This document shows, one piece after another, positions 45,364-53,349 of a stretch of DNA of 64,000 bases. The notes under the pieces were generated by a model. That model was not told where the DNA came from and ran no database searches. It saw nothing but the letters and a program-made list of their open reading frames with translations. Numbering within the stretch: the first letter of the stretch is position 1; each line of letters begins with the position of its first letter. Source of the DNA: Nitrosopumilus sp. GTDB taxonomy: Archaea > Thermoproteota > Nitrososphaeria > Nitrososphaerales > Nitrosopumilaceae. Both the position numbers and the translations under genes were made by a program. The stretch is taken from positions 224,001 through 288,000 of the forward strand of contig OZ243974.1 of assembly GCA_965214775.1 (NCBI GenBank), read 5' to 3'.

Positions 45364-46056
45364 ATGGGTTTAGGAAGCAGTTATTGGCACGAAGTGATCA
45401 AAGTTCTGAGGGACATCATCCCAGTCTATGACAAAGTAAATTCAATTATCTCGTTGGGAAGGGATGCAGAGCACAGAAACAGAGGAATCTCCAACAGGGT
45501 CCATCCCGGAAACAAGGTTCTTGATGCAGGCTCGGGATTTGGGAACATGTCAAAAGCGGCTCTAAAATTAACAGATGGGAGGATCTTCATTGCGCTATAT
45601 GATCCCCTTGTACCCATGCTAAAGAGTACAGGCACACATTTTAAAAAAACGCCGGATATGGCAAACGGGGTTTTTGAACACATTCCGTTTAGGGACGGAG
45701 AGTTTGATGCAGTTCTTTGCGGATACTCCTTAAGAGACGCAATAAACTTGCGAATTGCAATCTCAGAGATTCACCGAGTTCTAAAAGACGGGGGACGGCT
45801 TGTAATCGTTGATTTGGGAAAACCTGATCAGAGATTCATCAGGGCAGGAGTCGCATTTTATCTCAGATGTATTTTGCCGATTCTGGCATTTTCGGCAGGA
45901 GGCAAGTTGGGCTTAAAGTTTGGAACTTTGTATGGTACCTTCAAAAGATGGCCACAAAACAAAAAACTAGAGGAGTTATTGCTTGAAAGATTCTCAAGGG
46001 TGGAATTTGAGAAGGATCTTATGGGCGGAGCAGTAATGGTTGCAGCATACAAATGA
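45364..46056 (+). CDS. UbiE/MenG-like SAM methyltransferase
   Basis: YDKVN, LDAGSGFG, HRVLKDGG. Confidence 0.85.
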   Translation: MGLGSSYWHEVIKVLRDIIPVYDKVNSIISLGRDAEHRNRGISNRVHPGNKVLDAGSGFGNMSKAALKLTDGRIFIALYDPLVPMLKSTGTHFKKTPDMANGVFEHIPFRDGEFDAVLCGYSLRDAINLRIAISEIHRVLKDGGRLVIVDLGKPDQRFIRAGVAFYLRCILPILAFSAGGKLGLKFGTLYGTFKRWPQNKKLEELLLERFSRVEFEKDLMGGAVMVAAYK

Positions 46057-47210
46057 ACAGGATTCTGATTCTAGTCAACATCACCGGGTTAATCATTGGG
46101 GTTTCATATGGACTTCATGGGCCAATCCTGCCGGTATTTGCAAAAAATGTCATTGGTGCGTCCTACTCGGAGTTGGGACTGATCGGATTGGCCAATTTTA
46201 TTCCATACATGTTCATTCCATTGTTTGTAGGAATTTTGCTTGACAGATTCAACAGTGGGCACCTATTGGCATTTGGAACGGCAGTTAATTCAGCATCAGT
46301 CTATCTTCTGTCAATTGCACAGTCGGTTCCAGAGATAATCGGGTTCAGGATTTTGACAGGGGTTGCACATGCATTCTTTTGGCCGCCATGCGAGGCCATA
46401 ATATCAAATGAGAGCACTGAGAAAAACCGAGTCAGGAATATCTCATGGTTTGCAATGTTTTTTGTAATCGGATTCATGGCAGGTCCGCTGCTTGGAACTG
46501 TATTTTTAGAAGAATTAGACATCACGTATAGGATTCTATTCCAAATCACAGCTTTCATTCTGGCTACGGCAATAATCGCGTCAGTCTTGGCCTCAAAGAG
46601 AGGCAAAAAGGACCACCGTCATGGAAAATTTTCGTTTTCCTCAATAAAAGAAATGGGGAGGTTTCCCGAAGTCATGATTTTGTTAATTTTTTGTACTTCA
46701 TCATTTGGGATAATTCTAACGATTTATCCTGCGTTTCTCAACGACAATGAAATGACAGATGCTGATATTTTGTATCTGTATTTTGTATTTGGGATCTCAA
46801 GAGTAATTTCGCTTGCGCTTGCTGGAAAGTTTGTACGAAAAACCAGCCAGACATTGATTGCTGCAACAGCTGCAGTTTCAATCGGTTTGGCAATGTCGGT
46901 GGTCGGGGATTCCATTTTTGTCTATGCAGCTGCGTTGATACTCATGGGGTTTGGATTTAGCATATTTTTCCCACTAACCCTGGAGATTGTTTTGAGCAAA
47001 ACCAGAAAAGGAATTTCAGGCAAGATTATTGGCGCATATGAGACAGTCTTTGGAATGGGATGGGCAATTGGTCCCACCATAGGAGGGCCCATAACACAGT
47101 CGCTTGGTGACCAATCGCCATACATCGTATTTTGCATGATTGGGGCCGGAGTTACCGTCTTGGCAATTGTTTGTAGAAAAAAATTAGAGCCGCAAAGAAT
47201 ACAAAATTAG
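46053..47210 (+). CDS. MFS transporter
   Basis: About 12 hydrophobic segments, GILLDRF. Confidence 0.88.
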   Translation: MNRILILVNITGLIIGVSYGLHGPILPVFAKNVIGASYSELGLIGLANFIPYMFIPLFVGILLDRFNSGHLLAFGTAVNSASVYLLSIAQSVPEIIGFRILTGVAHAFFWPPCEAIISNESTEKNRVRNISWFAMFFVIGFMAGPLLGTVFLEELDITYRILFQITAFILATAIIASVLASKRGKKDHRHGKFSFSSIKEMGRFPEVMILLIFCTSSFGIILTIYPAFLNDNEMTDADILYLYFVFGISRVISLALAGKFVRKTSQTLIAATAAVSIGLAMSVVGDSIFVYAAALILMGFGFSIFFPLTLEIVLSKTRKGISGKIIGAYETVFGMGWAIGPTIGGPITQSLGDQSPYIVFCMIGAGVTVLAIVCRKKLEPQRIQN

Positions 47211-47521
47211 ATGGATGTGGTTCCACGTTTTTTAGAACAAATGTCTAGTGCATCCTCGACAGGCATTACAAAGACCTTCCCATCACCTTTTGTTCCAGTA
47301 CAGGCTACATCTGCAATGGAATCCAATATGTCATCAAGTTTGGGATCATCTATAACACATGTTATCATCTCTCCACTAAAGTACTGACCTACAAGCGGAG
47401 GATCCTGGGCTCCTTGACCCTGAACATGATGAACAGTTACGCCACCAACGCCATGTTTCTTGATTGCAGCAACAACTGCATCCCTGGCTGAGGGTGGGAC
47501 AATTGCATCGATTCTTTTCAT
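47207..47521 (-). CDS. PII nitrogen regulatory protein
   Basis: GVGGVTV..VQGQG, GDGKVFV. Confidence 0.9.
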   Translation of the reverse strand: MKRIDAIVPPSARDAVVAAIKKHGVGGVTVHHVQGQGAQDPPLVGQYFSGEMITCVIDDPKLDDILDSIADVACTGTKGDGKVFVMPVEDALDICSKKRGTTSI

Positions 47522-47551
47522 AAAGTATTATGAATCATAATTTGTTTAAAT

Positions 47552-47669
47552 GTAGCTGATCGGGTCATGAAAGTCGTTTCCGGCGACGGTTTTGGGCACA
47601 GATTCCGTTTTGATCGGCATTCATTGGGGGCAAAATCCGTGCCTGAATTTCCAGAGCATGGCATGTTAC
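47552..47669. mobile_element. Degenerate MITE family B between the divergent PII and tatA genes
   Basis: GTAGC...TGTTAC ends; TSD gtttaaat/gtctaaat. Confidence 0.7.
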
Positions 47670-47774
47670 GTCTAAATCGACAGGCAGATTCCCGTGTGAC
47701 TTTTCAAAAACGGGGCCTGGTCAGGCGTGACATGCAACATTACGTTTAATTTCAAACCGGATCATTGATGATAC

Positions 47775-48119
47775 ATGATTGGGCATCCATTAAACGTGGC
47801 AGGCAGCGAATGGATAATCATAATTTTTGTTGCACTAGTCCTGATTTTGGGAACAGGAAGATTGCCAGGAGCTGCAAAAAAACTTGGAAAAGCTGTCAGC
47901 GAGTACAATAAAGCAAGAAGCGACATACAAGACCACATGAAAGAGGTTGCGGAAAAAACACCCAAAATATCAGGACCTGTTGAATCTGAAAGGGAAAAAT
48001 TGGAAATGATTGCAAAATCCATCGGAGTAAAAACTGAAGAAAGATCCAATGACGAGTTGCGGAAAATCATTGCCGATAAAATTGGTCAAAAGAGGATCGA
48101 TGAGCATGAAACAAAATGA
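47775..48119 (+). CDS. tatA: TatA/E translocase subunit
   Basis: EWIIII...LILGTGRLPGAAKKLGKA. Confidence 0.88.
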   Translation: MIGHPLNVAGSEWIIIIFVALVLILGTGRLPGAAKKLGKAVSEYNKARSDIQDHMKEVAEKTPKISGPVESEREKLEMIAKSIGVKTEERSNDELRKIIADKIGQKRIDEHETK

Positions 48120-48181
48120 ATCGTTTTGATTTTTTGGCAACCAGTTATGTCAGAACAACCCGTTCCCGTCCCGTCCAGTGC

Positions 48182-48928
48182 CTAGAGCAAAAACTCCGCT
48201 GCGTTTGTGCCGTCCTTTGTAATCCTTATCCACCTGTTCCTGCCGATCTTCTCGGTCTCGATGAACCCCCACGTCTCCTCCAGAGGCTGGATGATGTTCT
48301 TGTCAAGGCTTGCAAACCTTGCCATCGAGTGGTTGGCCTCTTTTGCGTTGACCGTTATGAGGCCCTTGTCCTCAGATACCTGCGCCATCTCCTTTTTTGT
48401 CAGCCTGCCCCCGCGCTCCCTTATGATCCCTAGTGCGGCAACCAGCTTTGGCTCCGGCGTCCGGATAGAGTACGGGGGAACGTCGTGGATCTCCCTGATT
48501 CCGGTGGAGACGGGCTGCTTTTGGTCAAATCCCGGATAGTGTTCTGCCTCTGCATAAAACGGATGGATGCTGGAACCGTCATTGAACATCATGCATGCCA
48601 TCATGGTTCCGATTGCCTGGATCTTGCTTCCCGATGCTAGGTTCACATAGACGTCGTTTCCCTCCTCTTGCCCCAGGATGGTCTTGACTGCGCGGATGAT
48701 CTTAAACAGATCCCGCCTGTCATGGGATTCGGTAACAACCTTGACTCCTGACTCTTCAAGCCGTCTTGTGATCTCTGAGACAAAGGGCACTGCCTTGTCA
48801 TCACTCTTGTTGTCGTGTACGAGCAGCCAGACCCTGTCGGCCTTTTCCTGCACGGCAGGCAGAACTATCCTGTCTATCTCGTATCCTACGGGCGCCACAT
48901 GTACGCGCATCTTTGCAATCCTGACCAT
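48182..48928 (-). CDS. CARF-like (DUF6293/Csa3-like) + wHTH transcriptional regulator
   Basis: RVHVAPVGYEIDR, ADRVWL, YVNLASGSK Rossmann motifs; C-terminal wHTH ...GRNRWIRITKDG. Confidence 0.8.
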   Translation of the reverse strand: MVRIAKMRVHVAPVGYEIDRIVLPAVQEKADRVWLLVHDNKSDDKAVPFVSEITRRLEESGVKVVTESHDRRDLFKIIRAVKTILGQEEGNDVYVNLASGSKIQAIGTMMACMMFNDGSSIHPFYAEAEHYPGFDQKQPVSTGIREIHDVPPYSIRTPEPKLVAALGIIRERGGRLTKKEMAQVSEDKGLITVNAKEANHSMARFASLDKNIIQPLEETWGFIETEKIGRNRWIRITKDGTNAAEFLL

Positions 48929-48980
48929 AATAATATCCCAAGTATGCATACTATTGACATGCTATATAATAATTTCCCAA
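48927..48980. promoter_or_regulatory. Divergent promoter/operator
   Basis: Palindrome AGTATGCATACT (48941-48952) between direct repeats ATAATAAT(A/T)TCCCAA (48927-48941, 48966-48980). Confidence 0.6.
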
Positions 48981-48993
48981 TCTGTGTTACCTC

Positions 48994-49419
48994 ATGAAAC
49001 AGGCACACACCCAGAAGATAGCGCTTGACTCGTGCGTGGTGATCGACCTGATCGAAAGGCCGGGCATAGCCCATGCGCTCAGGGCCCGTCTCAGGGGCAA
49101 GTCACTGGAGGTGGTTCTCTGCGATGTGGTACTGCGGGAGGTTCAAAAGGTCAGGGGGTTGTCCTCAAAAACGGTGATCGGGAGAATCTCCAAAATCCTC
49201 GGTAGGCGGATCGAACTGGCAAAGGCCGGTGAGCACAACAGGGCCGCCGCACACGAAATTACCGACCGGTTCCAGATCTGCCACAACGGGGACAATGAGA
49301 TTCTCAGCCTGTGCCGGACAAGGGACTTTGTACTGGTAACATTTGACAGGATGCTTCTCAAGACATGCCAGTTTCTCGGCGTTGCGGCATTTCATCCGTC
49401 AGAGGCAGGAGGTATCTGA
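48994..49419 (+). CDS. PIN-domain ribonuclease (VapC-like)
   Basis: ALDSCV, VLRE, GDNEIL, LVTFDRML acidic tetrad. Confidence 0.85.
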   Translation: MKQAHTQKIALDSCVVIDLIERPGIAHALRARLRGKSLEVVLCDVVLREVQKVRGLSSKTVIGRISKILGRRIELAKAGEHNRAAAHEITDRFQICHNGDNEILSLCRTRDFVLVTFDRMLLKTCQFLGVAAFHPSEAGGI

Positions 49420-49421
49420 AG

Positions 49422-49499
49422 ATGAGCCATGCGTATCCCAGGATTGTCAGGGAGTTTGATGACGAGGATGACGAGCCGATGGTGTACGGGGGCCGCTAA
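49422..49499 (+). CDS. Possible 25-aa acidic peptide
   Basis: MSHAYPRIVREFDDEDDEPMVYGGR*, starting 2 nt after the PIN stop with GGAGGT upstream. Confidence 0.35.
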   Translation: MSHAYPRIVREFDDEDDEPMVYGGR

Positions 49500-49974
49500 G
49501 TTGGAGGCCGCCAGAGACACCCATGCATCTTTTGCAAAGACGGTGGACTGCCGCAGTACGGGATCTAGGACAGAGGTGCAGCAGCAACAGCGGCTGCCAT
49601 CGGTGGGGAGCACCGGGTCTGCAACAGCCATCATCAACTACACAAAACAGACTGACTCCCACAAAAAAAGCCTGTCTGAGGCGCTTGTCAACTCGTTTGG
49701 AGGATATCCGATAGGGTACGGCCTGGGGATTGTGATCCTGCCCATGTCCATGGGATGGATTCGGGAGGATCCGCTGACGGCCAACCTGGCGATAACCTTC
49801 GTCTATGCCTCGGTCTCCTTTGCAAGGAGTTACTTTCTGAGGAGAATCTTTGAGCGGCTGGGAATTGATGACAACTTTATAAGAATGGGGATGAGGTTGG
49901 GCGCCAAAATAAAGTCCGGTCTGGGAGGTCGACGATACCCCTTTTATGGACATGTGACGGGTGTAAAGATATGA
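49429..49974 (+). CDS. Small membrane protein (true start probably downstream)
   Basis: DSHKKSLSEALVN..GYPIG...SFARSYFLRRIFE with two TM segments; stop overlaps the next ATG. Confidence 0.6.
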   Translation: MRIPGLSGSLMTRMTSRWCTGAAKLEAARDTHASFAKTVDCRSTGSRTEVQQQQRLPSVGSTGSATAIINYTKQTDSHKKSLSEALVNSFGGYPIGYGLGIVILPMSMGWIREDPLTANLAITFVYASVSFARSYFLRRIFERLGIDDNFIRMGMRLGAKIKSGLGGRRYPFYGHVTGVKI

Positions 49975-51483
49975 CAAGTATAACGTTTTACGGAGGAGTC
50001 AAGGACATTGGTGGAAACAAGTTCCTCGTAGAGTCCAAGGGTACGAAGATTTTCATGGATTTTGGGATGAGCTTTGGGGACGAAAACAAGTATTTTTCAG
50101 AGTATCTCAAGCCCCGTGGTGCAAACAGCCTTACTGACATGATCGAGCTTGGAATCCTGCCCAAGGTAAAAGGGCTCTACAGAACAGATTATGCCAAGCA
50201 CATGGGTTTTAGGGGAGACGAGGAGACCGAAATCGACGGCCTGCTGCTTACCCATGCACACGTCGATCACTGCGCATACATCAAGTACATAAGGCCCGAT
50301 ATTCCGATTTACTGCTCCGAAGAGTCGTATCTGATAATGAAGAATTTCGATGAGACGGGAAGCGGGGAGCAGTATCTGACACTGAAGAAAAATTTTGGGT
50401 TTCATAAGAGCACAAAGGGCTCAACGAAGGGAAAGATGGTCAAAGACACAAAGGATACGAAAATCCAGAGGACGATCAAGGTTTTTAAGAGCTACAAAAA
50501 GTTCAACATCGACTCGATAGGAGTCGAGCCGCTGCCGGTGGACCACTCGATATCAGGTGTTCACGGGTTTGTGTTGGATACCCCCGAGGGGATCATTGCA
50601 AACACCGCCGACCTGAGGTTTCACGGACGCAGGGCAAGGGACACCGAAAGGTTCGTTGAGAGATGCTCAGAGGCATCCCTGGATCTGTTGTTGTGTGAGG
50701 GGACGAGAATAAACAGCACGTCGTCGCCCACCGAATACGACGTAGAGAAGAGAATCACAGATATAGTCAACAGCACAGAAAACCTCGTAATCTGCGGATA
50801 CCCGATCAGGGATTTGGACAGGCTCCAGTCGTTTTATCTGGCTGCAAAAAAAAACCGGCAGGGACCTGGTCATCGAGCCAAAGCAGGCATACCTCTTGAA
50901 GCTCTTCAACGAGTCTGAAAACCTAAGGGGTCTCTACCCGAGCCCGACGGACAGTCACATCAAGATCTACATGCCAAAGGGTCAATGGGGACTGATTGAC
51001 AAGGACATTAAGGTACATACCAGAAAGCTTCTCGATGAGGACTATGGGATATGGGTACGGGAGTTTCTGGACTATGGCAACAAGATTGACTATCGTGACG
51101 TGTCCCTGAAACAAAAGGAGCTGATGTTATCGCTCAGTGACTTCAAGCTGCAGGAACTGATTGACATCAGGCCCAAGGAGGGGTCAAGCTATGTCAGGTC
51201 TCTGACCGAGCCGTTTGATACCGAGATGGAGCTTAAGCAGCAAAGGATCAAAAACTGGTTTGCAAGGTTCGGGCTGATCTCTGCAGAAAAAAAGTGGCAT
51301 CAGATCCATGTCTCGGGGCACGGGGATGGAGAGCAGATCAAAAAAATCATAGAGGGCGCCAATGCCAAAAAAATCATTCCGATTCATACCGAGCTTGGCA
51401 ACGAGGTATATCACAGGATGTGGCACCAAAACGTCGAATCGGTGAATCAGAACGACTCTGTAAAAATAGGGGGCGCATCCTGA
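49971..51483 (+). CDS. MBL-fold beta-CASP (RNase J-like) nuclease, frameshifted in an A9 run at 50846-50854
   Basis: GGVKDIGGN, DFG, THAHVDH, VDHS, ADLRFHG, CEGT, HVSGH, PIHTE. A8 gives ...AAKKTGRDLVIEPKQAYLL... and a 503-aa ORF. Confidence 0.85.
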
Positions 51484-51484
51484 C

Positions 51485-52027
51485 ATGAATCTGGTTCCAG
51501 ATATCAGGCAAAGACCGGGCCCGCAGCAGCAGGTATCTATACGAGACGCTGGAGACGAACAGAAATCCTTGCAGGAGAACGAGGATTCGCAGTATCAGGA
51601 GATCTTTTACTGGAAGGGCAGTATTGCAGACACCGCGCCAAGCAATCCTAACGGGTTCAAACCCATTGATCTGCCAAAGGCGCTGGATGAGACCATGAAT
51701 CTGGTAAATGGTGATCCGACTTACAAGGATCCGCATGATGCGCAGATCATGTTTTACAACCAGAAAAACTTTGACTCTCTGGGCATTATCCGGACGCGCG
51801 AGGATCTGTGGAGCCTTTCCACTCCCGTGTTTTGTGACGACGATCGCTGTCGCTTCAAGCACATAACCAACTGTAACACCAGAAGGCTTGTGGACATAAT
51901 CGAGGCGCTCTTTGTGGCAGATGACTGGCATGGAATGGCCGATTTTCGGTTTGCCCGTTGGGTATATGAGTTTGAGATGTCCTATTCTGGTCCTGACAAT
52001 CCGGACGCAATCAGAAAGGCCATATAG
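51485..52027 (+). CDS. Hypothetical protein
   Basis: 180-aa ORF starting 1 nt after the nuclease stop. Confidence 0.6.
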   Translation: MNLVPDIRQRPGPQQQVSIRDAGDEQKSLQENEDSQYQEIFYWKGSIADTAPSNPNGFKPIDLPKALDETMNLVNGDPTYKDPHDAQIMFYNQKNFDSLGIIRTREDLWSLSTPVFCDDDRCRFKHITNCNTRRLVDIIEALFVADDWHGMADFRFARWVYEFEMSYSGPDNPDAIRKAI

Positions 52028-52063
52028 GAGTTGGGTATATGAGTTTGAGATGTCCTATTCTGG
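51957..52063 (+). repeat. Two identical 34-bp direct repeats with a 39-bp spacer
   Basis: GTTGGGTATATGAGTTTGAGATGTCCTATTCTGG at 51957-51990 and 52030-52063. Confidence 0.9.
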
Positions 52064-52123
52064 CCCGGTTGGATGGTCATATCGAAGGGTTTCTGTGCGT
52101 AAAGATACCAATCGGTTGGAGGA

Positions 52124-52333
52124 TTGGAGATGATTAGGGCCCGCAGGCTGTTCCTAGTGCCGGTTCTGGCAATACTGTTCACCTCGTGGATACCTCTTGT
52201 CGGGATACCCGCGTGCATAATTCTGATTGTATGGTGGTATACGCGCAATCAGACAGACATACACGATTATTTCCGTGGAAGAAGTCATAGAAAGGGGGAG
52301 TTAAGCCGCGATGAGACAGAAAAATGGCGGTAA
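52124..52333 (+). CDS. Small membrane protein
   Basis: Hydrophobic hairpin LFLVPVLAILFTSWIPLVGIPACIILIVWW. Confidence 0.55.
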   Translation: MEMIRARRLFLVPVLAILFTSWIPLVGIPACIILIVWWYTRNQTDIHDYFRGRSHRKGELSRDETEKWR

Positions 52334-52370
52334 GGCCCCGCATGTCAGCCGGACTGCAGGCAGCAAGGCA

Positions 52371-52624
52371 GAGAGGTGATCTGAAATCAGAAGGTAACAG
52401 GTCGGGCTCTGGAAGCTGCTCCTGATTTTAGGCACGAATCTACACTGGAGGCCTCCCCGAGATGGCAAAACTCGCACCTGAACTTCCAGAGCCCTACCTG
52501 TTACATCAGAAGCCGTGGGAATTTTTCAAGTGGTTTTACAGATAATTTGTGTTTTGTTGATGTTTTGAGTTGTCTTATGTAATCATTTACAAGTAATCTG
52601 GCTCTGCTAATTGAGCCAACTCTC
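52371..52624. mobile_element. MITE family A carrying a nested MITE B
   Basis: GAGAGGTGATCTGAAATCAG...CAACTCTC interrupted at 52394-52504. Confidence 0.85.
52394..52504. mobile_element. Complete MITE family B (111 bp), IS66-like ends
   Basis: GTAACAGGTCGGGCTCTGGAAG...CTTCCAGAGCCCTACCTGTTAC with perfect 8-bp TSD ATCAGAAG. Confidence 0.9.
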
Positions 52625-52639
52625 AGCGGAGATATACAA

Positions 52640-52727
52640 GGAGTTTACCCCTCACCTGAGATACGGCGTGGCAGGCGTGATCATGAAGGCTCCAGGCAGC
52701 AGTGTCGCCTGAGGGGTAAACTCGTAC
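52640..52727. mobile_element. MITE family E
   Basis: GAGTTTACCCC...GGGGTAAACTCGTAC; TSD GATATACA. Confidence 0.8.
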
Positions 52728-52772
52728 GATATACAAAGCCATCAAGAGGCAGCGGCCTCTGCTCTTGTCTTT

Positions 52773-53046
52773 GGGGTTGTCGCCTGATTCATCAGAATTT
52801 CTGAAAACCATGCGATGTTATCCTGACTAGGCGTGCAAAAATGGCGGAGATTCAGAAAAGCGTGCGGATTGAGTCCGGCAGGTGGAATTAGGCGACAATC
52901 CCTTGTCTCTGTCGACGTGGAGGTTGTTGCCTAATTCGCCAGAATTCCTGAAAACCATGCGATGTTATTCGGATCAGGTGTGCAAGAGGGCGGAAATTCA
53001 AAAGAACGTCAGGTTGAGTCAAACAAATGAAGTTAGGAAACGGCCC
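52773..53046. mobile_element. Two tandem copies of MITE family D (52773-52902, ~52920-53046)
   Basis: TIR GGGGTTGTCGCCT/AGGCGACAATCCC, TSD ttgtcttt/ttgtctct, shared core ctgaaaaccatgcgatgttat. Confidence 0.75.
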
Positions 53047-53206
53047 ACCTCCTCTTCCTCTCTGCTGTCGATGATCTGACTGCAAACCTTGCAAAAAAAC
53101 CAGGGCCGTTTTCTGAGAAATGCAAGTGACTGCCGAGTCCTGTCCGAAACAATAATGGCCCGGGCTTTTGGCGTTCCTATGCCGCATCTGCACCACGAGC
53201 AAGACA

Positions 53207-53297
53207 TAGTGCGCACAGTTGAAATCTGAAAATTTTTTATCAAAATAGGCACGATATGTCAAAATTACGGTCCGTTTTTTTTTTGATGTGCGCACTA
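53207..53297. mobile_element. MITE family C
   Basis: TAGTGCGCACA...TGTGCGCACTA, matching 1270-1357. Confidence 0.85.
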
Positions 53298-53349
53298 TAG
53301 ACGGCATTCTGAAACAATAAATCACTAATCAATCCACGGCAAGTAGATC

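Noticed and set aside
51957-52140. Calling a bona fide CRISPR array
   Set aside because: Only two repeats, a third is unconvincing, and there are no cas genes; kept as a repeat and a finding
53019-53207. Small zinc-finger ORF (CSWC...CKVC)
   Set aside because: Both ends run into MITEs; not enough support for a gene
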